DNA of 64,000 nucleotides from Azolla caroliniana (lineage: Eukaryota > Plantae > Polypodiophyta), in NCBI GenBank assembly GCA_043228905.1, contig JBHGNT010000004.1, forward strand, positions 16,182,001 to 16,246,000. The letters run 5' to 3'. The position numbers and the translations under genes were made by a program. Position 1 is the stretch's first letter. Every line of letters starts with the position of its first letter. This document shows, piece after piece, positions 26,150 through 37,700 of this stretch. The notes below the pieces were generated by a model that saw only the letters and a list, made by a program, of their open reading frames with translations, searched no databases and was not told where the DNA came from.

Positions 26150-29100
26150 GGTTACGAAGAAGACGCTACGGCTCTTCTGTGTGCACAACGGATCGTGATT
26201 TGTTGGATCGTTCAGTGCTCAAGAAAAAAAGGGGAAGACGAAGGACACTTACCTTTGCACAGTCCAAAAGCTTCTACTTCATTACACGCAAAGCTCAACT
26301 CGCTCTCATCAGTTTTCTATTTTCTGTTCTTCTCTACTCTCTGCACTACTCTCACTCTTCTACACTTCTCTACTTCCTACACTTACTTTTTACCTAAGTA
26401 CATAAGTGACTTATGTATGCAGCTAATTAGCTGCCAATAGCTAATTAGTTGTCTGTAGCTAAATAGTTGTCAAGTAGATAAATAGTTGTGCCTAGCTAAA
26501 TAGTTGTTTCACCTTTATGTCCACTAGTAGCTAATTAGCTAATAGCTACTATAGCGTATTTCTCAATAACCATCACATACCTTTGTTGAGCTTGCTTCTC
26601 AACACTTCCCCTCAAGCTCAACTTATCCTTTCTTGGGATCATGTTCAATCTTCTTTTCTTCATGCTTTTCAGCTACCATGCCAATGGTTATAACTCCCCT
26701 CATGTCTCTAAACTGTGTATGTTTTTCCATGCTCCATCCATCCCTTCGTAAGAATATGAGCCACTTGCTGATTTGTACTTACATACAACAAATCCACTTC
26801 TCCATCAATCACTTTTTCTCTAACAAAGTGATAATGCAAGTCTTCAATGTGCTTTGTTCTTGCATGGAACACTGGGTTTTTTGCCAACTGAATGTTGCTC
26901 ATATTGCCACACCAAATTGTGATGGCACCATCTATATATTGTCCCAAATCAGAAAGCAATCTTCTGATCCATACCTCTTCACAGGTAGTTATTGCAACTC
27001 CTATATATTCAGCTTCAGTACTTGATAGTGCAATAGTAGCTTGTTTCTTGCTACTCCATGAAATAGTTGCACTTCCCAATGTAAACATATATCCACTTGT
27101 GGATCTTCTTTTAGTTTGGCTTCCAACCCAATCAACATTTGTATATCCTTCCAACTTTATGTCCAGATCAGCCCTGTAAAACAGTCCATAATTTTGAGTA
27201 GCTTTTACATACCTCAAAATTCTTCTAATGCAGTCCAAATGTGGCTTTGTAGGCTGTTGTATAAACTGGCTGACTAATCCAATAGCATAACTCAAATCAG
27301 GTCTTTTTATGGTCAAATATATGAGGTTTCCCACCATAGACTTGTACATGTTTACATCTTCTATTTTGGCTCCCAAATTAGCCCTCAATTTGCAGTTCTT
27401 ATCTAGTGGTACGCCAATAGGTTTGCATCTAAGCATACCATACTTCTTCAACATAGTTGTTGCATACTGTTTTTGCAACATACATATACCAATTTCAAAT
27501 CTGATCATCTCAATGCCAAGAAAGTATCTCAGCTCTCCCAAATCTTTCATATGAAATTGCATTTCTAGATTTTTTTTTCAGCTTTCTTATTTCATCCATG
27601 GAATTATCTCCAATGATTAAGTCATCAACATATATCAAGATAACAACAATGCAATCATTTATCCTTTTTACATACAATGATGGATCAGCCTTTGACATTT
27701 TAAACGCAAATATTTTCAGAGATTCTGAAAGTTCTTTATGCCATGCCCTTGGTGCTTGTTTCAATCCTAGAGAGCCTTTTTTAGCCTACATACATATTTT
27801 GGATGCTTCTTATCTTCAAAACCTAGTGGTTGACAGATGTACACTTCTTCTTCCAAGTTACCATGTAAAAAAACATTTTTTACATCCATATGGTGCAGAA
27901 CCCATCTTTTGGTTGTACTCACAACAAGTAGTGTTCTCAATGTTGCCATCTTTGCAACCGGTGCAAATGTTTCATCATAATCAATTCCATGCATCTGGGC
28001 ATATCCCTTTGCCACAAGTCTTGCTTTATGTCTACTAACATTTCCATTAGAATCATGATGTGTCTTGTAGACCCATTTGCAACCTACAACATTTTTTCCT
28101 TTCAGTAACTTTACCAAATCCCATGTACTATTTTTAGCCAATGCATCTATTTCTTCTTGCATTGCATTCACCCATTTTTTCTCAGCTTTTGCTTCATCGA
28201 AGCTGTTTGGATCAGGAATTTGTACCACTTTAGACATGTATGCATAATGTATATCCATATATGTGTCATAGCCAAATCTTTCAAAAGTCTTTTTCTCTCT
28301 ATCTAATCCTCTCAGTTTCTGATTTGCATCCTTCATTGTTTTTTCCATACTAAGGATTTTCAGGGTTCCTATACCAAGCTCATCATCCAATTATGTATAT
28401 GAATCTACATCTTCCATGTTTCTAGACCCATCATCAAGCATTTCATATTCTGGCATCTTCTATTTTCCCTTTTTATCATCATATTTTTTGTGTCTTGCAT
28501 GTTTTTCACTCCATGCATTAGATTTAGATTTACTACCCGAGCTTCCATATGGTCCAGTACATTCCATTGATGTTGAACTTTGTTGTCCAACATTGTTTCC
28601 ATCTCTGTGGTTATCTCTTACATTTTCAAATTTATCCCTTTCTTCATTTTCATTGTCTTCATCAGTTTCTACAGTTTGTTTTGGGTTGTACCAGCTGCCC
28701 AACTCATCAAATATTACATCCTGACTTACCACAATCTTTTTTGTCAATGGGTTATAGCATCTATACCCTTTTTGCTCCTCTGAATATCCGACAAAATCAC
28801 ATTTTTCAGCTTTTGGATCAAGCTTACTTCTCACTTCAACAGGTACATGGACATAAGCAAGGCATCCAAACACTTTTAAGTGTCCTAAACTCGGCTTTCT
28901 GCCATATAAACATTCTTCAGGAGTTACTTCATGTACTCCAGATGTTATACATCTATTTAGAATATAATTTGCTGTGTTTACAGCTTCTGCCCAGTAATAC
29001 AATGGCATATTTTTTTCAGTCATCATTGCTCTTGCTATATTCACCAAAGTTCTATTTTTTCCTCTCAGCAACTCCATTTTGTTGTGGAGTATATCTACAT

Positions 29101-31544
29101 GTGAACTGTCTCCTTATTCCATGATTACATAGAAAATCAGAAAATTCATTTTAGAAGTATTCTCCTCCTCCATCAGATCTTAGGCATTTTATTCTAGTTC
29201 CAACCTGCTTTTCTACCATCCATTTAAACTTACGGAAACAATCAAATACTTCACTTTTCTCTTTCATGAAATAAACCTATGTTTTCCTTGAGTAATTATC
29301 AATAAATGTTACATAAAACTTACATCCACTAATTGATGCATTTTTTGTTGGTCCCCATACATCTGTATGTACCAAATCCAACAAATTTTTGCTTACATGT
29401 CTTTCATGAGGGAAAGGCAACTTGTTTTGCTTTCCATATTGACATGCTTCACATATTTTGCTCATCTCACAATCTTTCAACTTAGGCAGTCCAGCCACTG
29501 CATCTTTCCTCAACATATTTTTCAAAGTTTGCATGCTTATGTGTCCAATTCTTTTATGCCACATTTCCACATCGGAGATTACATTCATTTCTCCTGCAAA
29601 CATGGTTGTAATCTTCCTAGGCATATCCACATCCAAAACAAACATTCTTCCTTGTCGTTTCCCTTTCACAATGAGCTTTCCATTTTTCTCTATAAAGCAT
29701 CCACTTTGCTTAAACTTAACTTGCATTCCTTGCTCCACTATCTCGCCAACAGAAATCTGATTTTTTGCAAGGTTTGGAACATGCATCACATTCATCATAT
29801 ACTTTGTTTTTCCTTTTTCTTCCCACAATGGGATATCTCCAACATGCTCTATTTGGTGAGTAGTATTATCACCTATCTGTACATAACCAGGAATCTCTAG
29901 TTCTCTTAGACTTTCAAACCAGTGTTTATGTCCTGTCATATGATTAGATGCCCCATAATTTACATACCACATAAACTCTTCATTGCATCTCTGTGAACAT
30001 TCAGCCATTGTTGTTGTTTCATGTTGCAGCACAAATGCACCATCTTTATCACAGTCTTCACTGGTTGAAGCATAGTTATTTTGCTATCTCCTCCCTCTTT
30101 TTTCATCATTTGGCTTTTTGTAACATTCAGCCTGTGTATGGCCTGGTTTTCCACAATCCCAACAGCCATCATCATTCAAATAAGTTTACTTACCTCTTCC
30201 TCGATTGCTCCCCCTGCCTTTGATGTTGTTTCTTCCACTTACAGCCTGTTGTCCTCTTCCTTGATAGTTGTTGTTGGTTCTAGCTTAACCAAATCTTCCA
30301 TGGCCTCTTCCTCGGCCTCTTCCAACACTATTGTAGAGGGCTTTCCCCTCAGTCTCAGAGTTCCCTTTGTTTACATCATCCATCTGATTTCTTTCTTCCA
30401 CTACAAGCATTGACACTAGATCTGGAAAACTTGGGATGCTATCCTTTGTGAGAATAGATGTTTTGAAGCTTTTATATTGTCCTAAGCCTCTTAAGCATAT
30501 TTCCACCTTATCATCATCTTCTACCTTCACATTGATAGAAGCAAGTGATTCAGATATGCAGTTTATTTTCAGAGCATACTCATTCACTGACATCTCACCT
30601 TTTTCCAAGGTATTTAGCTTAGTCTTCAACTGAAGCTTTCTAGCCTTTGTGTTCACTGCAAACAATTTTACTAATTTGTCCCAAGCTTCTTTTGGAAGCA
30701 TAGCATCTTGTATGTGTCCAAGGATCGAATCTGAGATGCTAAGTGAGAGCCAATGCAATACCTTTCTTGCCCATTGATTCCATTCTTTAAATGCTTTAAT
30801 CTGTGCAGCAGTTCCATTTTCTTCAGGGATCTCAGGAGCCTCTTCTAGGTCTCCTTCAATGTAATCCCAATATCCTTTTCCCATCAGGAAATTTGTCATT
30901 CTGAATTTCCACGCCAGGAAATTGTTTTTATCTATTTTTTTTGTGACTATTTGGCTTGCATTTTCAGTAGCCATCTCTCTTTCAATTAGGGCTTTTTTTT
31001 ATGATTAACTTCACAGACAACTCTCTAATTCAGATCAGCAAACAAAGAAACAATCTTTCTCATATTTGTACTGTTCTAATCTTCTTTATGAGCAACTCTG
31101 CTATGATACCATGTTATGAAGGCGCTACGGCTCTTCTGTGTGCACAACGGATCGTGATGTGCTGGATAGTTTAGTGCTCAAGACAGAAAGGGGAAGGGGC
31201 ATGAGACTTACCTTTGCACATTCCAAAAACTTCTACTTCATTACACGCAGAGCTCAACTCACTCTCGTCAGTTTTCTATTTTCTGTTCTTCTCTACTCTC
31301 TGCACTACTCTCACTCTTCTACACTTCTCTACTTCCTACACTTACTTTTTACCTAAGTACATAAATGACTTATATATGCAGCTAATTAGCTACCAGTAGC
31401 TAATTAGTTGTTTGTAGCTAAATAGTTGTCAATAGGTAAATAGTTGTTTCACCTTTATGTCCACTAGTAGCTAATTAGCTAATAGCTACTATAGCTTATT
31501 TCTCAATAAGCATCACATACCTTTGTTGAGCTTGCTTCTCAACA
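26150..31544 (-). mobile_element. AT-rich Copia D1, full-length but degenerate, TSD ATGAA
   Basis: LTRs 26150-26604 and 31112-31544; PBS TGGTATCATAGC ending at 31111; gag 30285-30974; PR-IN 29277-30032 and 28460-29077; RT 27767-28390 and 27510-27764 (YVDD); RNase H 26708-27562; PPT 26605-26613. Confidence 0.93.
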
Positions 31545-32310
31545 ATGAAGATACCATATGTCTCTGTCGTCGGAAGCTTGATGTACGCCATGGTGTGGAC
31601 CCGACCAGATATCGGATACGCAATCGAAGTGGTTAGCCGGTTCATGAGCAACCCGGGAAGTGAACACTGGAATGCGGTCAAGTGGATACTCCGGTACTTG
31701 AAAGGCACCTTGACTATGTGCCTCTAGTTTGGCTAAGGTAAACCCCAACTGGAAGGCTTTACGGATTCAGATATGTCGGTTGATGCGGATACCAGCCGGT
31801 CCACATCCGGATACGTCATGACATATGCCGGGGGAGTCGTATCGTGGCAGTTGAGGCTACAAAATTTCATTACATTGTCAACAATGGAAGCGGAGTACAT
31901 GGTAGATGTGGAAGCCGACAAGGAAGTAATCTGGATTAAGGACTTCAACAGAGAGCTAGGGATCCGATAGGAGGAATATCGGCTCTACTGCGATAGCCAA
32001 AGTGCCATCCACCTTGCTAAGAACATGACCTACCATTCCCGGACCAAGCACATGCAGAGAAGATATCACTGGCTCCGAGAGAAGGTAGAAGATCAAGACT
32101 TCGCGCTGACAAAGATCCACACGGAGTGGAACGGGTCAAATATGCTACCCAAGGTGCTATTAGCCAACAAACTGGACACGTGCAGGAGACGGATCGGACT
32201 AATGAGAAATCCCATGCCGGAGTGAAGGGGATTTTGTTGGGAATTCGGTCCCTCTGGATGGGATCAGGACGAGCTGAAGGGAGGAACCAAACCGGATTGG
32301 AAGGTATCCA

Positions 32311-33570
32311 GATGGTTCGGAACTCCTGTCGGCATTTTGATTATGCCTCGATTTTTGCTCCTGTTGGCCGCCTCCATTGTGCGCCGACCTGCCTCGTCCA
32401 CCATGACCACGGGGCCGATTCGCTTCCATGTACAACATCTTGTTGTCGGTGTGCGTACTCGTCGACGCACTCAAGTGGTTTTCTTCTACGATCAACATTG
32501 ATTGTAGCTCAAAAAACGAAGGCGTATTCTCCCTCGTCCAGACTGCTGTTTGGAATGCTCTGAACTTTGACGCCAACCCTCCGAGGCAAACCTGCACCAT
32601 TTCTTCCTCCTCGGCGTTCACGTTGACGGAGGCGAGGGAGTCACAAATCTCCTTGATCTTGGAGGTGTAGTCAGGCACCAACATCTTTGTCTGTCGGACA
32701 TTGCTCAACTCATGTTGGAGTTTACGCTTTCTGGTTGTGGTGCTCGCGGCGAAAATCTTTTTCAGATTTCCCCAAGTGTCTTTGGTGTCCTGGCATCCCA
32801 AATGTAGCTCAAAAGCTAATCACTCACAAAGGATGTAGAGCAGTAGAGAACTCTACTTGCCACCAGTTCCTAGGTTGGGAAATCTCAATGGGTCGACTTG
32901 GGTGCTGCATCCTTAGCTCCTTCGACATAACTCCAATAAACCATGTTCGACCAGGTATTGGTGCATCTTGTATGACCAAGATGCGTGGTTGCTCCTATCG
33001 AGATTTTCGGTCGGAAGCGAACTTCCCATTGCTTTGTCCATGTTCTTGTCTTTTCTTTTCCGAAAAATGAGAAACTTGTGTCTGTCCTATTCACTTGCTT
33101 TTCTGTCGGTTGCATAGGAGTCTCAACCCTCGCGCTCTAATACCATGAAAAAGAATACATGCGCGGAAGTGTGTGCGATAGAAACCGAGTACACAACCAA
33201 TTTCGGAAACTTGATAGTTAGGTAAATACAGAGAATGAATACACAATGAGAGAGAGATAGAGACAGAGAGAGTAGACAACAATGCTTCAATTTCAAATAA
33301 TGAACACTCTGTACATACACTGTGCTCAATGAGCACTCTTTATACAAGCCTTGACGAGCGGGCTGACACAAGTACCATCAATACTTGAATGCTTATAAAT
33401 GAGCTTGACACTAATTCTGCCTATAATATTCCTATTTACTAAAATAGGAATATAGACCTCCAATGGCCTACTGGAATCCCTTTGACTCGACTCACCCGAA
33501 TCGAACTCCATTTGATTTGGCTCTCGGCTTCTTCAACTGATTTGGCCCATGTTGAGCTTGTCTCTCAATA
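32311..33570 (-). mobile_element. Copia family A copy A4: 5' LTR, PBS and gag fragment
   Basis: LTR 33146-33570; PBS TGGTATTAGAGC ending at 33145; gag ORF 32199-32801 (KIKEICDSLASVNV). Confidence 0.88.
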
Positions 33571-34034
33571 AAGGTGTTCTCTAGGAAGGAGTAACAGTCT
33601 TTTGGTTAGATTTGGAGATACATTTCTCCAATTTGTCGAGTTTTGTCATGGTGTTATTTGGTTGTTCAAACGATTCACACAGGTCAAACCCAAATTAGAG
33701 ATGGAGATCATTTTCCTATTTTTGAGGTATTAGTGATTGTGTCATAATTGGGACATACACAATGCTTTTATATTTGATGTTAGGCATGGAGTTAAAGCAT
33801 ATCTACGAAAGTTGAAGGGAGTACTAACGTGGTAATTTTCTTTATTGTAGCAAGTAGAAATTCTTTCATCGGTGGAGTGTTCATCTTATTGCCTTAATGG
33901 CAGATAATTCAACATGTTCCACGACACCTGTAGTGTAGAATAGTGTTGTGTAGTGTGTATTGTGACACCCATTCCATTGTAAGGAGTGTTTTGCAGACAC
34001 ATTTATTAATATAATTATAATTGTTTGTTTTCAC

Positions 34035-34460
34035 GAGAGCGAGAGCGAGAGAGAGTGAGTGAGTGTGTGTGTGTGTGTGAGAGAGAGATTGAGTGATAAG
34101 ATTGAGCTCCTAAATATCTGAAAAGAGAAGGAAAGGAATGGAATGGAGAGATATTTGAGAGGAGAGGAGAAATGAAATGAAATGAAATGGGCCCTCTTCT
34201 TCCCATCCATCCATTCCCTCCTTCTCCTTCACACACACACACACACTCGCTCGTTCAAAGCGAAGCAAAGAATCAATGGAGAAGCTCTCACTCCTCTCCA
34301 TTTGACAAGTGGCGAAAGAGTTCTACAACCCCACGGACAGACCGACGGATGCACAGAGAGAGAGAGAGAGAGAGAAGAGAGAGAAGAGAGACAGAATCGA
34401 TCATTTGGAAGAGAGTTTCGTTTGCTCTGCTCAGAGCTACACCTCTCTCTCTCTCTCCTT
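34035..34460 (+). promoter_or_regulatory. GA/CT/CA microsatellite-rich proximal promoter and 5' UTR of the PHT4 gene
   Basis: (GA)n, (GT)n, (CA)n and (CT)n tracts directly upstream of ATG 34531, typical of plant 5' regions; TSS not determined. Confidence 0.55.
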
Positions 34461-34530
34461 TGAATTCTTTTGATCAATTTCCAACACATTCTTTGTTGAG
34501 CTTTTTATATCCTGGTATTCCATTGTAATC

Positions 34531-34579
34531 ATGACTATTGGTGCATCCCTGCCACAGCTCAACACTACATTCTGCTCTG
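34531..34579 (+). CDS. PHT4;4: PHT4 exon 1
   Basis: ATG MTIGASLPQLNTTFCS, phase-1 donor G/GTGAAT compatible with exon 2. Confidence 0.75.
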
Positions 34580-34718
34580 GTGAATTTTCCTCTCTCTCTC
34601 TCTCTGTAAATTCTCATATCGTGTTCTTTTGCTTCATCCTTTTCCTTCTGTCTGTGTGTGTATACAGAGCAAAATTTCTTCCCGACATGGCATTTTCTTG
34701 ATCAGAGCAACTTTGGCC

Positions 34719-34754
<36 letters not shown>

Positions 34755-37700
34755 ATATTTTGATTTTCCATATAGATGTTTTAAGTTTGTGTATGCGAAC
34801 TCTAAGTTTGAGAAATTTTGATACGTTGTTTGCTACAAATACTACATCAGAGCATATTGTCATTACAAATTCTAAAAATTTGCAAATTTTCATGTAGTTC
34901 CATCTCAAAACTCTAAAAATTTAAAGAATTTGATTGTGTTAATAACACCTTTCCTTGATGATATATTTTAATATCATAGTAAAATCATGTTTTCAGTGAT
35001 ACCTTTGTCATTGTGACATATTTCAATGCCATAGTGGAATCATATTTACATAATCCACATTTCTGCATGGGGATATATATGAATGTAATAGTAGAATCAT
35101 ATTTGTATGGTATTTCCTCAATGGTGATATAGTTGAATATCAATAGTATGTGAAAATTCGCTTCTCTTTTGTTGATATTGAATGCCTATGCTTGAATCAT
35201 ATCTATGGTGTGATATATTTGAAAGTGATTGTTAAATCATGTTTATAATGGCAATTTCCTTATGGGAACCTATTTGAATGTCGTAATAGAATCACATTCA
35301 TAAACGTCTTTCCTTTCAATTGAATTGAATGGATTCTGAAATAGATAAAAATGTGTACTATTGCAGGAAGGCATAAATGCCAACCTTTGGAAATACGACT
35401 AAACAATGTTAGGTATCAGCATGTCGGGATAACAGGAAAAACTTCCATATCTCAAGAGACAATCCGAAGATTTAATATAGTATCGAGAAGATTAAGCATT
35501 TATATAAGAAATGGATACTCATCAAAACCTCAAATTCATTGTGGCATGAGTAGCGGTGTCCACACACACAATAAAAACACCATAGCTGTAATATTCTCTT
35601 TACCTTTAGAGTCAAACGATGAAACATCTTCAAGAATGAGATTGAGAACCATATGTAATGCTCGAGGCAAACGTGCTGCTGAAAGTCTTGAGTTCAATCT
35701 TGAATTTGAATCTCATGGAGAAACCTTCGCATCAGATGTATCTTCAAACAAAAAAGGTAGTAGTAAAGAGGAATTTATTCAAACAAATGGTCCTCTCTAT
35801 GAAAAAACGGATTTAGTACAACCAACAAAGGAGATTTCTTTTCCGATTTTTCGGCCGCCTCCTAAGCGTTGGATTATTGTATTTCTTTGCTTCTTTGCCT
35901 TTCTTCTTTGCAACATGGATAGGGTAAGGGCAAACTATTTATATTTCGGGGAAAGGAAACACCAGAATACCGTGGACCTTTTGGATAATTACCAGAGAAC
36001 CCAAGGGGTTTCCCAGTAATTGGAAACCGAGGGGCATTCATGTAATTATCCAAAAAGTTAGGCATATTTTATGCTGTTTTTTTCCCTTTTTTATGCTTTA
36101 CACTCCAAAGATAATGGAAAGTTATAATGATAATTTGACTTTTCTCATTTCTATATATATTTCCTATTTGTTTTTATTGTGTTCAGGTGAACATGAGCAT
36201 AGCCATTCTACCCATGGCATCAGAGTTTCAATGGGATCACACAACTGTAGGTTTAGTACAATCTTCTTTCTTTTGGGGATATCTCCTGACTCAGGTAAAT
36301 AAATAATGCATTGATATATTTAAATATACAGAGAGCATTTTTGGAAGCCTGTGGTTTGTTTCAGTAAATATTCCAGAAAGTTAGGTGTTTCTTGGTACTT
36401 TATCATAAAACCATCCTTTACATAGTCGAATCCTCCTACAGACAATTCCGAATGAAAGGCATAATTATTAAATCATCAGATAAATCTCTCTTCTTTAAAT
36501 TTAAGGAGTACCACATTGCCAAAAAAGTTTCCTTTTCTTTCTTTGTAGTGTTCATGTGAAGTTTAGGATCTTAAGATATGAGAAAAGTCCAAAGATTTTC
36601 TGTTTCTTGTGGTGGAAATATCTTTGTGAGTTTTCATTGTACAGATGATGATTATTTCTACAAGTACATGTTCTTCCACTGTGAACTTTTGTTTTTGAAT
36701 AACCTTGTTATCAAGTCTATATACACATCGAGATCAATATTTCTCTAATGAAACATGGTATTCAAAATGCATATATTATGTAGATTGCGGGGGGTATCTT
36801 GGCAGACAGCATAGGTGGAAAGCAAGTGTTAGCATTTGGCGTAATATGGTGGTCATTGGCTACAGTGGCAACACCTATCGCCGCAAAGCTTGGACTACCT
36901 TTTCTACTACTTGTTCGGGCATGTATGGGTGTCGGTGAGGTAATTGTCACCCTCTTCTCTTTCCAATTATCGAACAAATAGGCTATAATGCATGTAACCT
37001 CTTTTGTAATATCAATTAGTAGTTTTTTTATTTGATGTGGTGATAATCACAGTTGATCTTCTAGTAACCAAGAAAATATGGTATGTAATTTCTATTTTAA
37101 TACCAATTAGTGTTTTTTTATTCGATGAGGTGATAATCACATTTGATCTTTCTAGTTAACCAATAAAATATGCTATATGATTCCTTTAATACCAATTCAT
37201 CAGTTTTTTATTCAATGAGGTGATAATCACACTTCATCTATCTAGTTTACTAATAAAATCTTCTATAAATCTTTATAATATGCATTGCATCTTGTTTATA
37301 TCAGAAATTGTAGCATTTTGTGAGGTAATAATGGTATTTTATTTTTCCAATTTATCAAAATATTTGCGATAAATCCAAATAATATGCATTTTATACATTT
37401 GTTTAGTACAAATGAAGCAGCTTTTTTATGTGATGTTATAATTCGATTGTTCTTTATTTCAATTAATAAGAAAAGGGGATAAATCTATGGATTGCAATTT
37501 ATTTTTAATACTAATTAGTAAGTTATTTTTAGTAATGTGGGAACTACTGTGATTAAATGTATTTTTTTTGTTGACAAAATTATTCAGGGAGTTGCAATGC
37601 CGGCAATGAACAACCTTTTATCTAGATGGATACCCGTTAGTGAGAGGAGTAGGTCATTGGCACTTGTTTATAGTGGAATGTACCTTGGCTCAGTGATGGG

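Larger units (their letters stand above)
18067..32310 (+). mobile_element. Older Tork-like Copia B2, host of nested C and D1; 3' LTR truncated
   Basis: LTR ~18067-18593, PBS 18597-18608, gag MEESFGSMF at 18619; RT resumes 25591-26149 and 31545-32225; PPT then LTR start TGTTGGGA at 32235, breaking at ~32310. Confidence 0.88.

Noticed and set aside
35351-36019. Stand-alone 222-aa gene
   Set aside because: It is exon 2 of the PHT4 gene plus intron read-through
37007-37260. Intronic C/D snoRNA cluster
   Set aside because: No consistent RTGATGA and CTGA boxes or terminal stems
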